A stretch of 64,000 nt of DNA from Prochlorococcus sp. AG-355-B18 (lineage in GTDB: Bacteria; Cyanobacteriota; Cyanobacteriia; PCC-6307; Cyanobiaceae). The DNA lies in the NCBI GenBank assembly GCA_003280965.1, contig QCDI01000006.1, positions 1-64,000 of the forward strand, in the 5' to 3' direction. The notes below the pieces were generated by a model that was given only the letters and a program-made list of their open reading frames with translations, was not told where the DNA came from and searched no databases. Below are positions 1 through 12,726 of the stretch, piece after piece (within the stretch, counting starts at the first letter, position 1; each line of letters starts with the position of its first letter). The translations under genes and the position numbers were made by a program.

Positions 1-36
1 AGATTTTTTTAATAATCCTTCCTATAAACAAGAATA

Positions 37-360
37 ATGAATTATTTAAAAATGCTTCTTAGTAATGAAAAAAGAATAAAAATTCAAGGAATAATTAAAA
101 GAATTGCACAAGATAAATCAATTACATTAGAAGAAAGAATATATGTTGAAAAATTTGCACACCACAATTCGACAATTTCTCTTTGGCTGAAGAAGGCTAA
201 TAGCTTTAGAAGAAATGGTATAGAAAATAATGGCGGTGTTGATAATCTCTTACAATCATTTGGGATTGATGGGCTGAATAAAGAAAATCATTTCAATCCA
301 AATGAAGATGATATATCCGATTGGTTTGGCGGAGCTCCTGGTTGGCTAAGAAGAAGTTAG
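37..360 (+). CDS. conserved hypothetical picocyanobacterial protein
   Basis: 107-aa ORF ending in the motif DDISDWFGGAPGWLRRS; true start may be the second ATG. Confidence 0.7.
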   Translation: MNYLKMLLSNEKRIKIQGIIKRIAQDKSITLEERIYVEKFAHHNSTISLWLKKANSFRRNGIENNGGVDNLLQSFGIDGLNKENHFNPNEDDISDWFGGAPGWLRRS

Positions 361-373
361 ATTCATTAATGAT

Positions 374-487
374 TCAACTTACCCAGGCTGTCTTACACAA
401 AAATATACTGACAAGTGATATAAATACCCAAAAAAGCCATGGTAAAAATTTAATAGGAACTAAATATTCTTTTGAAAACGTTTTCAT
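374..487 (-). CDS. putative 37-aa single-pass membrane micro-protein
   Basis: Hand-translated MKTFSKEYLVPIKFLPWLFWVFISLVSIFLCKTAWVS*; one hydrophobic segment; below ORF-track cutoff. Confidence 0.35.
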   Translation of the reverse strand: MKTFSKEYLVPIKFLPWLFWVFISLVSIFLCKTAWVS

Positions 488-636
488 ATATTTTTTTTCT
501 TTTAGATTATTTCTTCCGTACCGTTTTTGAGAATAGGTTTTATTGCTCTATTTATAAATAAACAATATTTGAGAATACTCAAAGATATTAAATCTCTTAA
601 AGTAGATACAAGTTAATCAACCTTAATCATCAATAT

Positions 637-777
637 CTAAGCAACATTATTTTCAATTTTCATTGAAAAATCAACTATTTTTTGCTCATCATACTCTGAA
701 TTATTCCAATATTTTATAAGTCTTTCTAATTCATCAATCCTCTTTTTCGCATTCGCAATTTTTTCAGTATTTGTCAT
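637..777 (-). CDS. 46-aa small helical hypothetical protein
   Basis: Hand-translated MTNTEKIANAKKRIDELERLIKYWNNSEYDEQKIVDFSMKIENNVA*; amphipathic, coiled-coil-like AKKRIDELERLIKYW resembles small Prochlorococcus proteins. Confidence 0.55.
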   Translation of the reverse strand: MTNTEKIANAKKRIDELERLIKYWNNSEYDEQKIVDFSMKIENNVA

Positions 778-933
778 ATAAAAATTTTTATCTATCCAAT
801 TAATGCATGAAAAAAAAATATTTCAATGGAAGATAGACTTATTAGATTATGAATATTAATTTTTGGTTAATTACTTAAATAATATATAGACCTCAAGCAA
901 CTGAGTAATTATACTTAAAGAAAAAGGTAACTC

Positions 934-1443
934 ATGAAGAAATTAAATTCTTTGATATTGAATAGTACTGTCAACTTCTTAGACTTTATATACTCTGGTA
1001 GAAATTTACAACGATTTTGGGTTTTAGAAATCATAGCTAGATCACCTTATTTTGCATTTCTTTCAGTTCTTCATTTTAAAGAATCCCTCGGAATTAAAAA
1101 TGAAAAAACAATGATTTTGATGAAAGAACATTTTTATCAAGCTATTAACGAAACTGAGCATCTTAAAGAAATGGAAAAAAGGGGAGGAGATAGATTCTGG
1201 ATTGATAGATTCTTTGCGAGACACCTTGTGCTTGTTTATTACTGGATCATGGTTTTTTATTATTTTTTATCTCCAGCTAATGCTTATGATGTCAACATAA
1301 AAATTGAAGAACATGCTTTTCAAACTTATTCCAAATATTTAAAAGATAATCCAAATGATCAAAAAATAAAAGAAATCGCTCAAGACGAATTAAATCATGT
1401 TCAAGAACTTAACGAAGCTTTGTCAATGCTAACTTCAGTTTAG
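934..1443 (+). CDS. ptox: plastoquinol terminal oxidase (alternative oxidase family)
   Basis: RFWVLEIIARSPYFAFLSVLH, NETEH, EEHA and DELNH di-iron carboxylate motifs. Confidence 0.92.
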   Translation: MKKLNSLILNSTVNFLDFIYSGRNLQRFWVLEIIARSPYFAFLSVLHFKESLGIKNEKTMILMKEHFYQAINETEHLKEMEKRGGDRFWIDRFFARHLVLVYYWIMVFYYFLSPANAYDVNIKIEEHAFQTYSKYLKDNPNDQKIKEIAQDELNHVQELNEALSMLTSV

Positions 1444-1874
1444 ATTAAGGCTGAAAAATCTATTAGCAATATTGAGACCATTACCGAAGAAGATATTAAT
1501 CCTAGGCTAATCATCAATGAGACATAACCTTTTTTTCTAGGTAATTTATAAAAAGACAATCCAATTACTAACGTCATTATTAATGAGAAAAAAATTATAA
1601 TTTTTTCATTTATTAAATTTAGATGTATAACTAAATTTGTATCTTCAATAAATTTAAGAAATTTCGATAAAACTAATTCTCCCTCTATTTTATTGAAATA
1701 GTCAAAGCCGCTTATAAAAGCAGAACTTAATAAAGATAATGCAACAAGTGCAGTAACTGGTTTTGTTAACCTGTTAAGTGTTCTGTTAAAACTTACTAAT
1801 AAAACAAAAATAAATAAAGAGGTAAAGAAAGGTATTAAAGGTATAAGAATTGTTGAATTTATTAAAGTCCCCAC
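1440..1874 (-). CDS. membrane protein resembling the N-terminal part of NDH-1 subunit NdhF
   Basis: LIPLIPFF...SFNRTLNRLTKPV resembles the NdhF1 N-terminus; 4 hydrophobic segments; only 144 aa. Confidence 0.65.
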   Translation of the reverse strand: MGTLINSTILIPLIPFFTSLFIFVLLVSFNRTLNRLTKPVTALVALSLLSSAFISGFDYFNKIEGELVLSKFLKFIEDTNLVIHLNLINEKIIIFFSLIMTLVIGLSFYKLPRKKGYVSLMISLGLISSSVMVSILLIDFSALI

Positions 1875-2020
1875 GAAAAAATATGCATCTAATTTAAAAT
1901 TCTATATTATTTTGACGCGATACTTGATTAAGTAAGAATTTTTAAGATCTGAAATGTAATTAGTACCTATTGCATTCTGTGTAAATTGATACCAATATTA
2001 TATTAGTATCGACAAATAAA

Positions 2021-2122
2021 ATGTTAGCCATTTCTGAAATTATTATTGCAAGCGCCATCTTTCTTGGAATTGTATATTGGGAAGTTAAATTCTTATACGC
2101 GAAAACTACAGTAGCAAAATAA
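2021..2122 (+). CDS. putative 33-aa single-TM micro-protein
   Basis: Hand-translated MLAISEIIIASAIFLGIVYWEVKFLYAKTTVAK*. Confidence 0.5.
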   Translation: MLAISEIIIASAIFLGIVYWEVKFLYAKTTVAK

Positions 2123-2240
2123 CTTTAAAAAAAACAAGACCGGTAAAAACGTACAAAATTTAAATAAAATTTAAGGATTTAGATTGACAAAAAAAGCTCT
2201 AAATATGAGAGAATGAACACAAATATTTTAGTCCCCTCTA

Positions 2241-2378
2241 ATGAGCGAAGTCCAAAATCCCAATACTAATTCAACTCAGCAGCAACAGCAGCAACAGCAA
2301 CAATCCTATTCAGACAGCAAGATCAATTCTGCTGAGAGCGAGAGGCTTTATCTTGAAATGCAAAAAGCTTGGCTTTAA
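2241..2378 (+). CDS. putative 45-aa poly-glutamine peptide
   Basis: Hand-translated MSEVQNPNTNSTQQQQQQQQQSYSDSKINSAESERLYLEMQKAWL*; TTGACA upstream at 2184. Confidence 0.55.
   Translation: MSEVQNPNTNSTQQQQQQQQQSYSDSKINSAESERLYLEMQKAWL
2277..2303 (+). repeat. (CAG/CAA)x9 trinucleotide repeat
   Basis: CAG CAG CAA CAG CAG CAA CAG CAA CAA, in frame with the 2241 ORF. Confidence 0.9.
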
Positions 2379-2502
2379 ATTTAATTAGTGTTTGAAATTA
2401 CATATCCGCAAATCTTTCTATTAATTTTTTTAATTTTGAAGTAATCAATACTTTTTTATTTTCTACACAGTTTATATTTTGTTTAACCGCTTAATAAGTC
2501 TG

Positions 2503-2634
2503 TTGAGAAAACTAAAGCAGTTAGAGAAAATTAACGGAAGACTTGCAATGGGAGGTTTGATATATCTAGTTTTTACAAAATTAGTTTCCAACCGTGCCGA
2601 TATATTAGACCAACTTAAATCTTATTTAATTTAA
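2503..2634 (+). CDS. hli: divergent high-light-inducible protein (HLIP)-like ORF
   Basis: TTG start (or TTG at 2479): RKLKQLEKINGRLAMGGLIYLVFTKLV...; carries the ExxNGRLAM chlorophyll-binding motif. Confidence 0.6.
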   Translation: MRKLKQLEKINGRLAMGGLIYLVFTKLVSNRADILDQLKSYLI

Positions 2635-2651
2635 AAAATGAATTAAAAATC

Positions 2652-2744
2652 TTATCCCGGAATATTTCTTTCTATATAAGCGTCTGTTAAAGCTAAAAAT
2701 AATCCCAATAATGTTGAACATATAGCAATTTCAGTTGATTCCAT
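2652..2744 (-). CDS. putative 30-aa membrane micro-protein
   Basis: Hand-translated MESTEIAICSTLLGLFLALTDAYIERNIPG*. Confidence 0.4.
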   Translation of the reverse strand: MESTEIAICSTLLGLFLALTDAYIERNIPG

Positions 2745-2811
2745 ATTATTTTTGAATTACCTCTAGTTTGCGAAATAATTCAAAATTCGGCAACAAAACC
2801 AATAACTTATT

Positions 2812-2829
2812 ATAGTACATATATACTAT
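2812..2829. promoter_or_regulatory. putative cyanobacterial LexA (SOS) box
   Basis: Palindrome ATAGTACATATATACTAT; core AGTAC-ATAT-ATACT is one mismatch from AGTAC-N4-GTACT; 12 bp upstream of the 2842 start. Confidence 0.65.
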
Positions 2830-2841
2830 TAACTATTTGTT

Positions 2842-3093
2842 GTGAGTTCGGCAACCCCTGAGTTTCTTTCCGTTAGGCCTGGTGATTATGTAGCAATTAA
2901 AAATGAAGAAAATTGCGAATATATTAAGGTAAAGAATAAAAATTATTGGGTTGGTAAAGTTATCGACTGCATTGGAGGAGCTAGAAATCCAAATTCATGG
3001 ACCTTATTTCAAGTAGCCAATATTGATAATGGAGAGATCTCTATAATCAACGCCGATATTGTAGAAAAAATTTTGAAATCCTCTGAAAGTTAA
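2842..3093 (+). CDS. DUF3104-like cyanobacterial protein
   Basis: FLSVRPGDYV, WVGKVI..GGARNP, FQVANIDNGEI..INAD pattern. Confidence 0.8.
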   Translation: MSSATPEFLSVRPGDYVAIKNEENCEYIKVKNKNYWVGKVIDCIGGARNPNSWTLFQVANIDNGEISIINADIVEKILKSSES

Positions 3094-3156
3094 GCTTATG
3101 GATAATCAAACAAAATTCTTTGATTATGAAGAAAAAAATGCACACTTTACAGGAAA

Positions 3157-4044
3157 TCATCCTAGTTCCAAGCAGGCTAGTCCGTATACCTGATTCATTG
3201 GGCAGAAAGGTTGAATGCCTTTATACATTCTGTAAGTTTTTGATATTTCCTCAAATCCCAAGCTTGATAAAAGATAATTTGCATAAGGATTAAGATTAGA
3301 GCAATCCAATAAGATTTGGGTATCTAAATCACCAACTAATTCTCTTATTAATAGTTCAGCGAGTGGTGGAGTATCCGCCAAAAGAGGTCCGATTCTCCAA
3401 CCTTGCTCATTATCTAAGACACAAGGTCTTATCCTGCCAAATCCATGGCACATCCCATTATTATCGATAATTGCATTAACATTACCAAAAGAATTCTTCA
3501 ACCAGTCATTTAGAAAATGTGGTCTGGGACTGGGTTCTCTTTGATCATCATAAATTAAGACTGCTTCAGAGGAAATTTCGTTGCCAGGGACAACTTTAAA
3601 GGAATGAAATTCATCAGTATAAAAATTTTTCAATGGCATATCTTGAGAACCATTTAATTCCCATCTGGTTGTAATAGAAGATTTTCTAAAACCCCACTTT
3701 TCATAATCATTCAATCTATCTGGAGCAGCCTCTAGACCTATACAATCGACATTTTTTAAATATTCGAGTGCATGCTTCCATAATCTCACTCCGTATCCAT
3801 TATTGCGGAATTCTTTTTTAACAATAAATAAACCTATAAAACCATACGACGAATTATATTTAATGCACGCAATTGAACCTATAGGATTATTGTCGAGACA
3901 GGCTACCCATACTCCTTGTTTATCCGTATTTCTATAAATTGATACGTCATCCATTCCAGGAGAAAATCCTTCTAACCTTGCCCAATTTGTAACTTCTGGT
4001 ATCTCATTCAAAGATATTAATCTAATTGAAAATCTTTCCCTCAT
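3157..4044 (-). CDS. tandem GNAT N-acetyltransferase
   Basis: FIVKKEFRNNGYG acetyl-CoA motif, YEKWGF, second domain with RIGPLLAD and terminal LELG. Confidence 0.85.
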   Translation of the reverse strand: MRERFSIRLISLNEIPEVTNWARLEGFSPGMDDVSIYRNTDKQGVWVACLDNNPIGSIACIKYNSSYGFIGLFIVKKEFRNNGYGVRLWKHALEYLKNVDCIGLEAAPDRLNDYEKWGFRKSSITTRWELNGSQDMPLKNFYTDEFHSFKVVPGNEISSEAVLIYDDQREPSPRPHFLNDWLKNSFGNVNAIIDNNGMCHGFGRIRPCVLDNEQGWRIGPLLADTPPLAELLIRELVGDLDTQILLDCSNLNPYANYLLSSLGFEEISKTYRMYKGIQPFCPMNQVYGLACLELG

Positions 4045-4204
4045 AAAAATATATTAACCAAGAAAAAATAAAATTTTATAAAGCAATATTAATTAATTAA
4101 TTTGATTATTTCTAATAAATCATTCACTTTAGTTTAAGTGGCTAAAAACTCTAGTTTTTTGGAATTTATCCTCTGATATATTTAATACTATTCATAAAAA
4201 CAAA

Positions 4205-5596
4205 ATGAAAATTTCTGATAAATTTCATTCAGAAGACATCTATAAATTAAAAAATACAGTTCTCACTGGTAAAACAGAAGATATAAAATGGCGGCTAAAA
4301 AATATCAATATAGTTTCTAAACTTTTAGATGAAAATAAAAAAGAGATAATAAAATCACTTTTTGTAGATTTAGGAAAATCTGAAATTGAAGGGCTTTCAG
4401 AAATCCTTTTAGTGAAAGAAGAAATTTCACTTATAAAAAAGAAACTCAATTCTTGGATACGTCCAAAAAAGATTGACACACCTTTTTATCTATTTCCATC
4501 ATCCTCAAAAGTTGTTTATGAACCTCTTGGGTGTGTATTAATTCTTGGTCCATATAATTATCCATTACTTTACGTTTTAAAGCCATTGGTAAATATTTTC
4601 TCGGCAGGAAATACTGCAGTTATAAAACCATCAGAGAAATGTCCTGAGACCTCAAAACTTATAAAAAAACTTACTTCCAAATATTTCCATGAAGATGTCC
4701 TACTAACATTAGAGGGTGATTATAAACAATCTATAAAATTAATCGAACAGAATTTTGATCACATTTTTTTTACTGGAAGTACCAAAACTGGTAAATCCAT
4801 TATGAAATTGGCTTCAAAAAATTTAACTCCATTAACTCTTGAATTAAGCGGAACAAATCCTGTAATCATTTTCAAGAATGCAAATTTAGAAATTGCTGCG
4901 AAAAGAATTGCTTGGGGCAAATTTTTTAATTCTGGCCAATCGTGCGTGGCTCCAAATCATATCTTTGTAGATAAAGCAATTGAAAAAAATTTCATAGAAA
5001 AATTAAAGCAATGCATATTAAGTTTTTATGGAGAAGATCCAATTATTTCCGAAAACTTATCTAAATTAGAAAAAAAGCAATTTTCATCGACTGTAGAAAT
5101 TCTCAAAAGATATAAAAAAGAAAAAAGAATTTTATATGGGGGAACTTTTAGTAAGAAAAAGTTAAAAATATCACCTACAATTTTAAAAACAAAATTTGAT
5201 GAAACAGATATTTTGCAAAAAGAACTATTCAGTTCACTACTTCCAGTAATTGTGATCAATGACATGGAATCTGCTTTAAACCAGATTAATCAAACATCAA
5301 AACCATTGGCAATCTACTTATTTGGAGGAAATAAAAAAATCCATAATCAGATTTCAAGAGTAACTAGCTCAGGAACTATTTGCATCAATGATGTTATGTT
5401 GCCAGTCCTTATTCCAAATTTACCTTTTGGAGGTGTTGGACAGAGTGGCATTGGGAAATTTCATGGAGAAGAAGGTTTTCGAAATTTTTCAAATCAAAAA
5501 TCTATTACATACAAAGGTTTTTTATTTGATTTAGGATTAAGATATCCTCCCTACGAAAGAGTAAAGAAATTTTTAAAATTCATTTTTAAGATTTAA
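4205..5596 (+). CDS. aldehyde dehydrogenase (class 3-like)
   Basis: EPLG..LILGPYNYP, KPSE, FTGS, GQSC catalytic Cys, PFGGVGQSGIG. Confidence 0.92.
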   Translation: MKISDKFHSEDIYKLKNTVLTGKTEDIKWRLKNINIVSKLLDENKKEIIKSLFVDLGKSEIEGLSEILLVKEEISLIKKKLNSWIRPKKIDTPFYLFPSSSKVVYEPLGCVLILGPYNYPLLYVLKPLVNIFSAGNTAVIKPSEKCPETSKLIKKLTSKYFHEDVLLTLEGDYKQSIKLIEQNFDHIFFTGSTKTGKSIMKLASKNLTPLTLELSGTNPVIIFKNANLEIAAKRIAWGKFFNSGQSCVAPNHIFVDKAIEKNFIEKLKQCILSFYGEDPIISENLSKLEKKQFSSTVEILKRYKKEKRILYGGTFSKKKLKISPTILKTKFDETDILQKELFSSLLPVIVINDMESALNQINQTSKPLAIYLFGGNKKIHNQISRVTSSGTICINDVMLPVLIPNLPFGGVGQSGIGKFHGEEGFRNFSNQKSITYKGFLFDLGLRYPPYERVKKFLKFIFKI

Positions 5597-5655
5597 ATTA
5601 TTTTAATTTTTTCAAAAGTCTAGCGATTTTAAATTAAAAGATTATCTTTAAATAA

Positions 5656-6429
5656 ATGCCGAAATCAATGAAATTAGTATTTTTAGTAATTCCAATCTTT
5701 ATTAATATTTTTAATTACACACCTATAAAAGCAGAAGAAAAAATAAATCCAAAAAATAATACAATTGAGAATATTGATAAGAAAGAATCATTTACTGTAG
5801 ATAAATCGGAAATAAGAAAAGTTCATATTGTAAAAACTGGAGATACAGTATCAAGTATTTCAAAGTTCTATTCAGTAAATAAAAATTCAATTATTAAATT
5901 GAATAATTTAAAAGATGAAAACTATATCTTTGTCGGCCAAAATCTTATTATCTCAGAATCTATTAAAAATAATACACAACAAACAAATTTAGTAGATCAA
6001 TATCATATTGTTCAAATAGGTGAAAATCTCACTGATATATCAAACAAATATAAGTTAAATTTGGGATATTTAATAGAAATTAATAATCTCAAAAATCCAG
6101 ATTTTTTAAAAGTTGGGGACAAGCTATTATTAACTAAAAAAAATCCAATAAGTTCAGAAAATGATCAAATAATTGAAAAAAAGAAAAATAATGAATTTCT
6201 TGAGTTAGATAGACAAATTTATGGTCCATTAATTATTCAAAATAAGTCTTATAAAAAAATTAAAGGTCGAAAAATTTTAAATGTAATAAATCAAAAAAAT
6301 AAAAAACTTATTCTCTCAGTAAATTGCGATACAGATGAATTAGATGTAAGAATCCCTGGCAGAAAGTGGAAGGGAGAGGAGCCTGCTAAAGAAGAATTCG
6401 AAAAAAAATTAATAAATGATTTTTGTTAG
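5656..6429 (+). CDS. LysM peptidoglycan-binding protein
   Basis: Signal-peptide-like N-terminus; two LysM repeats (HIVKTGDTVSSIS, HIVQIGENLTDIS). Confidence 0.88.
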   Translation: MPKSMKLVFLVIPIFINIFNYTPIKAEEKINPKNNTIENIDKKESFTVDKSEIRKVHIVKTGDTVSSISKFYSVNKNSIIKLNNLKDENYIFVGQNLIISESIKNNTQQTNLVDQYHIVQIGENLTDISNKYKLNLGYLIEINNLKNPDFLKVGDKLLLTKKNPISSENDQIIEKKKNNEFLELDRQIYGPLIIQNKSYKKIKGRKILNVINQKNKKLILSVNCDTDELDVRIPGRKWKGEEPAKEEFEKKLINDFC

Positions 6430-6510
6430 AAATTTTAATTAATATGTGTGAATAATTCGTCAAAGAATATTAATGATAGGTTATTCTTTAGAGAGCTAAT
6501 TTAAAAAGTA

Positions 6511-6720
6511 ATGGCAATTTCAAGAGGAGATCTCGTACGAGTTAAAAGACCTGAGTCATATTGGTACAATGAAATAGGTAAAGTCGCTTCAGTCGATACC
6601 TCAGGTATTAAATATAACTGTGTAGTTAGATTTGATAAAGTAAATTACGCTGGTATAAGTGGTACTGATGGTGGAGCAAATACAAATAATTTTGCTGAAA
6701 GTGAACTTGAGAAAGCTTAA
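6511..6720 (+). CDS. psaE: photosystem I subunit IV
   Basis: [34 protein letters not shown]. Confidence 0.97.
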   Translation: MAISRGDLVRVKRPESYWYNEIGKVASVDTSGIKYNCVVRFDKVNYAGISGTDGGANTNNFAESELEKA

Positions 6721-6724
6721 ATAA

Positions 6725-7606
6725 TTGCCTGAGTTACCTGAAGTTGAGACTGTTCGCAGAGGTTTAGAGCAAAAACTAAATAACTTTATTATTAAAAAAG
6801 TAGAAGTTTGTAGGGATTCAACTGTTGCTTTTCCTACTGAAAAGAACGAATTTATAGAAGGTCTTCAGAACTCGCTTTTAAATAAATGGGATAGAAGAGG
6901 AAAATATTTAATAGCTGAACTAAAAAAATTTGAAAGTAAGGATATTCTATCTCCATGCGGGAAATCCTCAAAAAACAATGGCTACCTTATTGTTCATCTA
7001 AGAATGACTGGATATTTCAAATTTATTGATAGTTCAACTCAGCCCTGTAAACATACAAGAATAAGACTTTTTGATAATAAAAATAACGAGCTTAGATACA
7101 TTGACGTGAGAAGTTTTGGTCAAATGTGGTGGATTAAGGAAGGGTTATCTCCTTACACAATAATCAAAGGATTAGGTTCATTAGGACCAGAACCATTCTC
7201 CAAGGAGTTTAATGCAACATACCTAAAAAAAGTTATTTCCAAAAGAACAAAATCTATAAAAGCTGTTTTGTTAGATCAAACAATAGTGGCAGGTATAGGT
7301 AATATTTATGCTGATGAAAGTTTATATTCGGCTAGAATCTCTCCTTTTAGGGAAGCTAAAACAATTAAGAAATATGAGTTAATTAATCTCAAAGAATCTA
7401 TTGTTAATGTTTTAAAAAAAAGTATAGGTTCTGGTGGAACGACATTTAGCGATTTTAGAGACTTGGCAGGTGAGAATGGTAATTTTGGTTTACAAACAAA
7501 TGTCTATAGGAGAACTGGTAAAAAATGTCGTAAATGTGGAAATTTTATAGAAAGGCAGAAAATTGTTGGAAGAAGTACTCATTGGTGTCCAAATTGTCAA
7601 AAATAA
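6725..7606 (+). CDS. mutM: formamidopyrimidine-DNA glycosylase
   Basis: N-terminal [23 protein letters not shown]-terminal C4 zinc finger. Confidence 0.97.
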   Translation: MPELPEVETVRRGLEQKLNNFIIKKVEVCRDSTVAFPTEKNEFIEGLQNSLLNKWDRRGKYLIAELKKFESKDILSPCGKSSKNNGYLIVHLRMTGYFKFIDSSTQPCKHTRIRLFDNKNNELRYIDVRSFGQMWWIKEGLSPYTIIKGLGSLGPEPFSKEFNATYLKKVISKRTKSIKAVLLDQTIVAGIGNIYADESLYSARISPFREAKTIKKYELINLKESIVNVLKKSIGSGGTTFSDFRDLAGENGNFGLQTNVYRRTGKKCRKCGNFIERQKIVGRSTHWCPNCQK

Positions 7607-7639
7607 AAAAGGGCTTACTCTTGCAGAGTAAACCCTTTT
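7605..7639 (-). terminator. rho-independent terminator of the rRNA operon (probably bidirectional with mutM)
   Basis: Minus strand GGGTTTACTCT-GCA-AGAGTAAGCCC followed by TTTTTT. Confidence 0.85.
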
Positions 7640-7649
7640 AAATTTTTTA

Positions 7650-7766
7650 CCTGGCATTGAGCTATTTTCTCAAGGGGCTACCCCCTAAATATTTTCGCCG
7701 CTGATGCGTTTCACAACCGAGTTCGAGATGGATCGGAGTGGTTCCACATCGCCATGAACACCAGGA
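7650..7766 (-). rRNA. rrf: 5S rRNA
   Basis: TCCTGGTGTTCATGGCGATGTGGAACCACTCCGATCCATCTCGAACTCGG... on minus strand. Confidence 0.95.
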
Positions 7767-7830
7767 TAGTGTGAACCTTGAGAACTGCATAGAGAATTAT
7801 ATAATTAAAGACAATAAATTAAGTTTATTT

Positions 7831-10704
<2,874 letters not shown>

Positions 10705-10957
10705 AATAACTTCATAATTGAAGCATCAGCTTAATAGAATTGTTATTAATGCATTCGCACAAATAATAAATCTGCATCATAAAGATGCTTATTGTCTTTA
10801 AAAATAATCTATGCAGTTGTCAAGGTTCTCTGAAAACAATGAAAATAATTCAATGAGTCCAGCATCTTAATGAATTCATTAGGAAGCTAGATTCGTTCAG
10901 AATTTGATCACTACTCAAAACATTTCCTTAAATAATTATGGAAGAGGTGGTAATCAG

Positions 10958-11030
10958 TGGAGGTAAGCGGACTCGAACCGCTGACATCCTGCTTGCAAAG
11001 CAGGCGCTCTACCAACTGAGCTATACCCCC
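10958..11030 (-). tRNA. trnA: tRNA-Ala(TGC)
   Basis: GGGGGTATAGCTCAGTTGGTAGAGCGCCTGCTTTGCAAGCAGG...GTTCGAGTCC; in the ITS. Confidence 0.97.
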
Positions 11031-11042
11031 AACATAGAGATA

Positions 11043-11116
<74 letters not shown>

Positions 11117-11242
11117 AGGAAAAGTAATGGGTGTGACCTAGAAAAAACTTAGGAAATAAAATCCTTAATAAATTAAGAATGTGAGATACCGATCGACCTA
11201 AGGTGACAAAATAATAATATTAAACATTTTGTTGTCTCCCTG

Positions 11243-12726
<1,484 letters not shown>

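Noticed and set aside
321..530. 69-aa plus-strand ORF
   Set aside because: Overlaps the upstream gene, weak start, no motif; a minus-strand micro-ORF is at least as plausible
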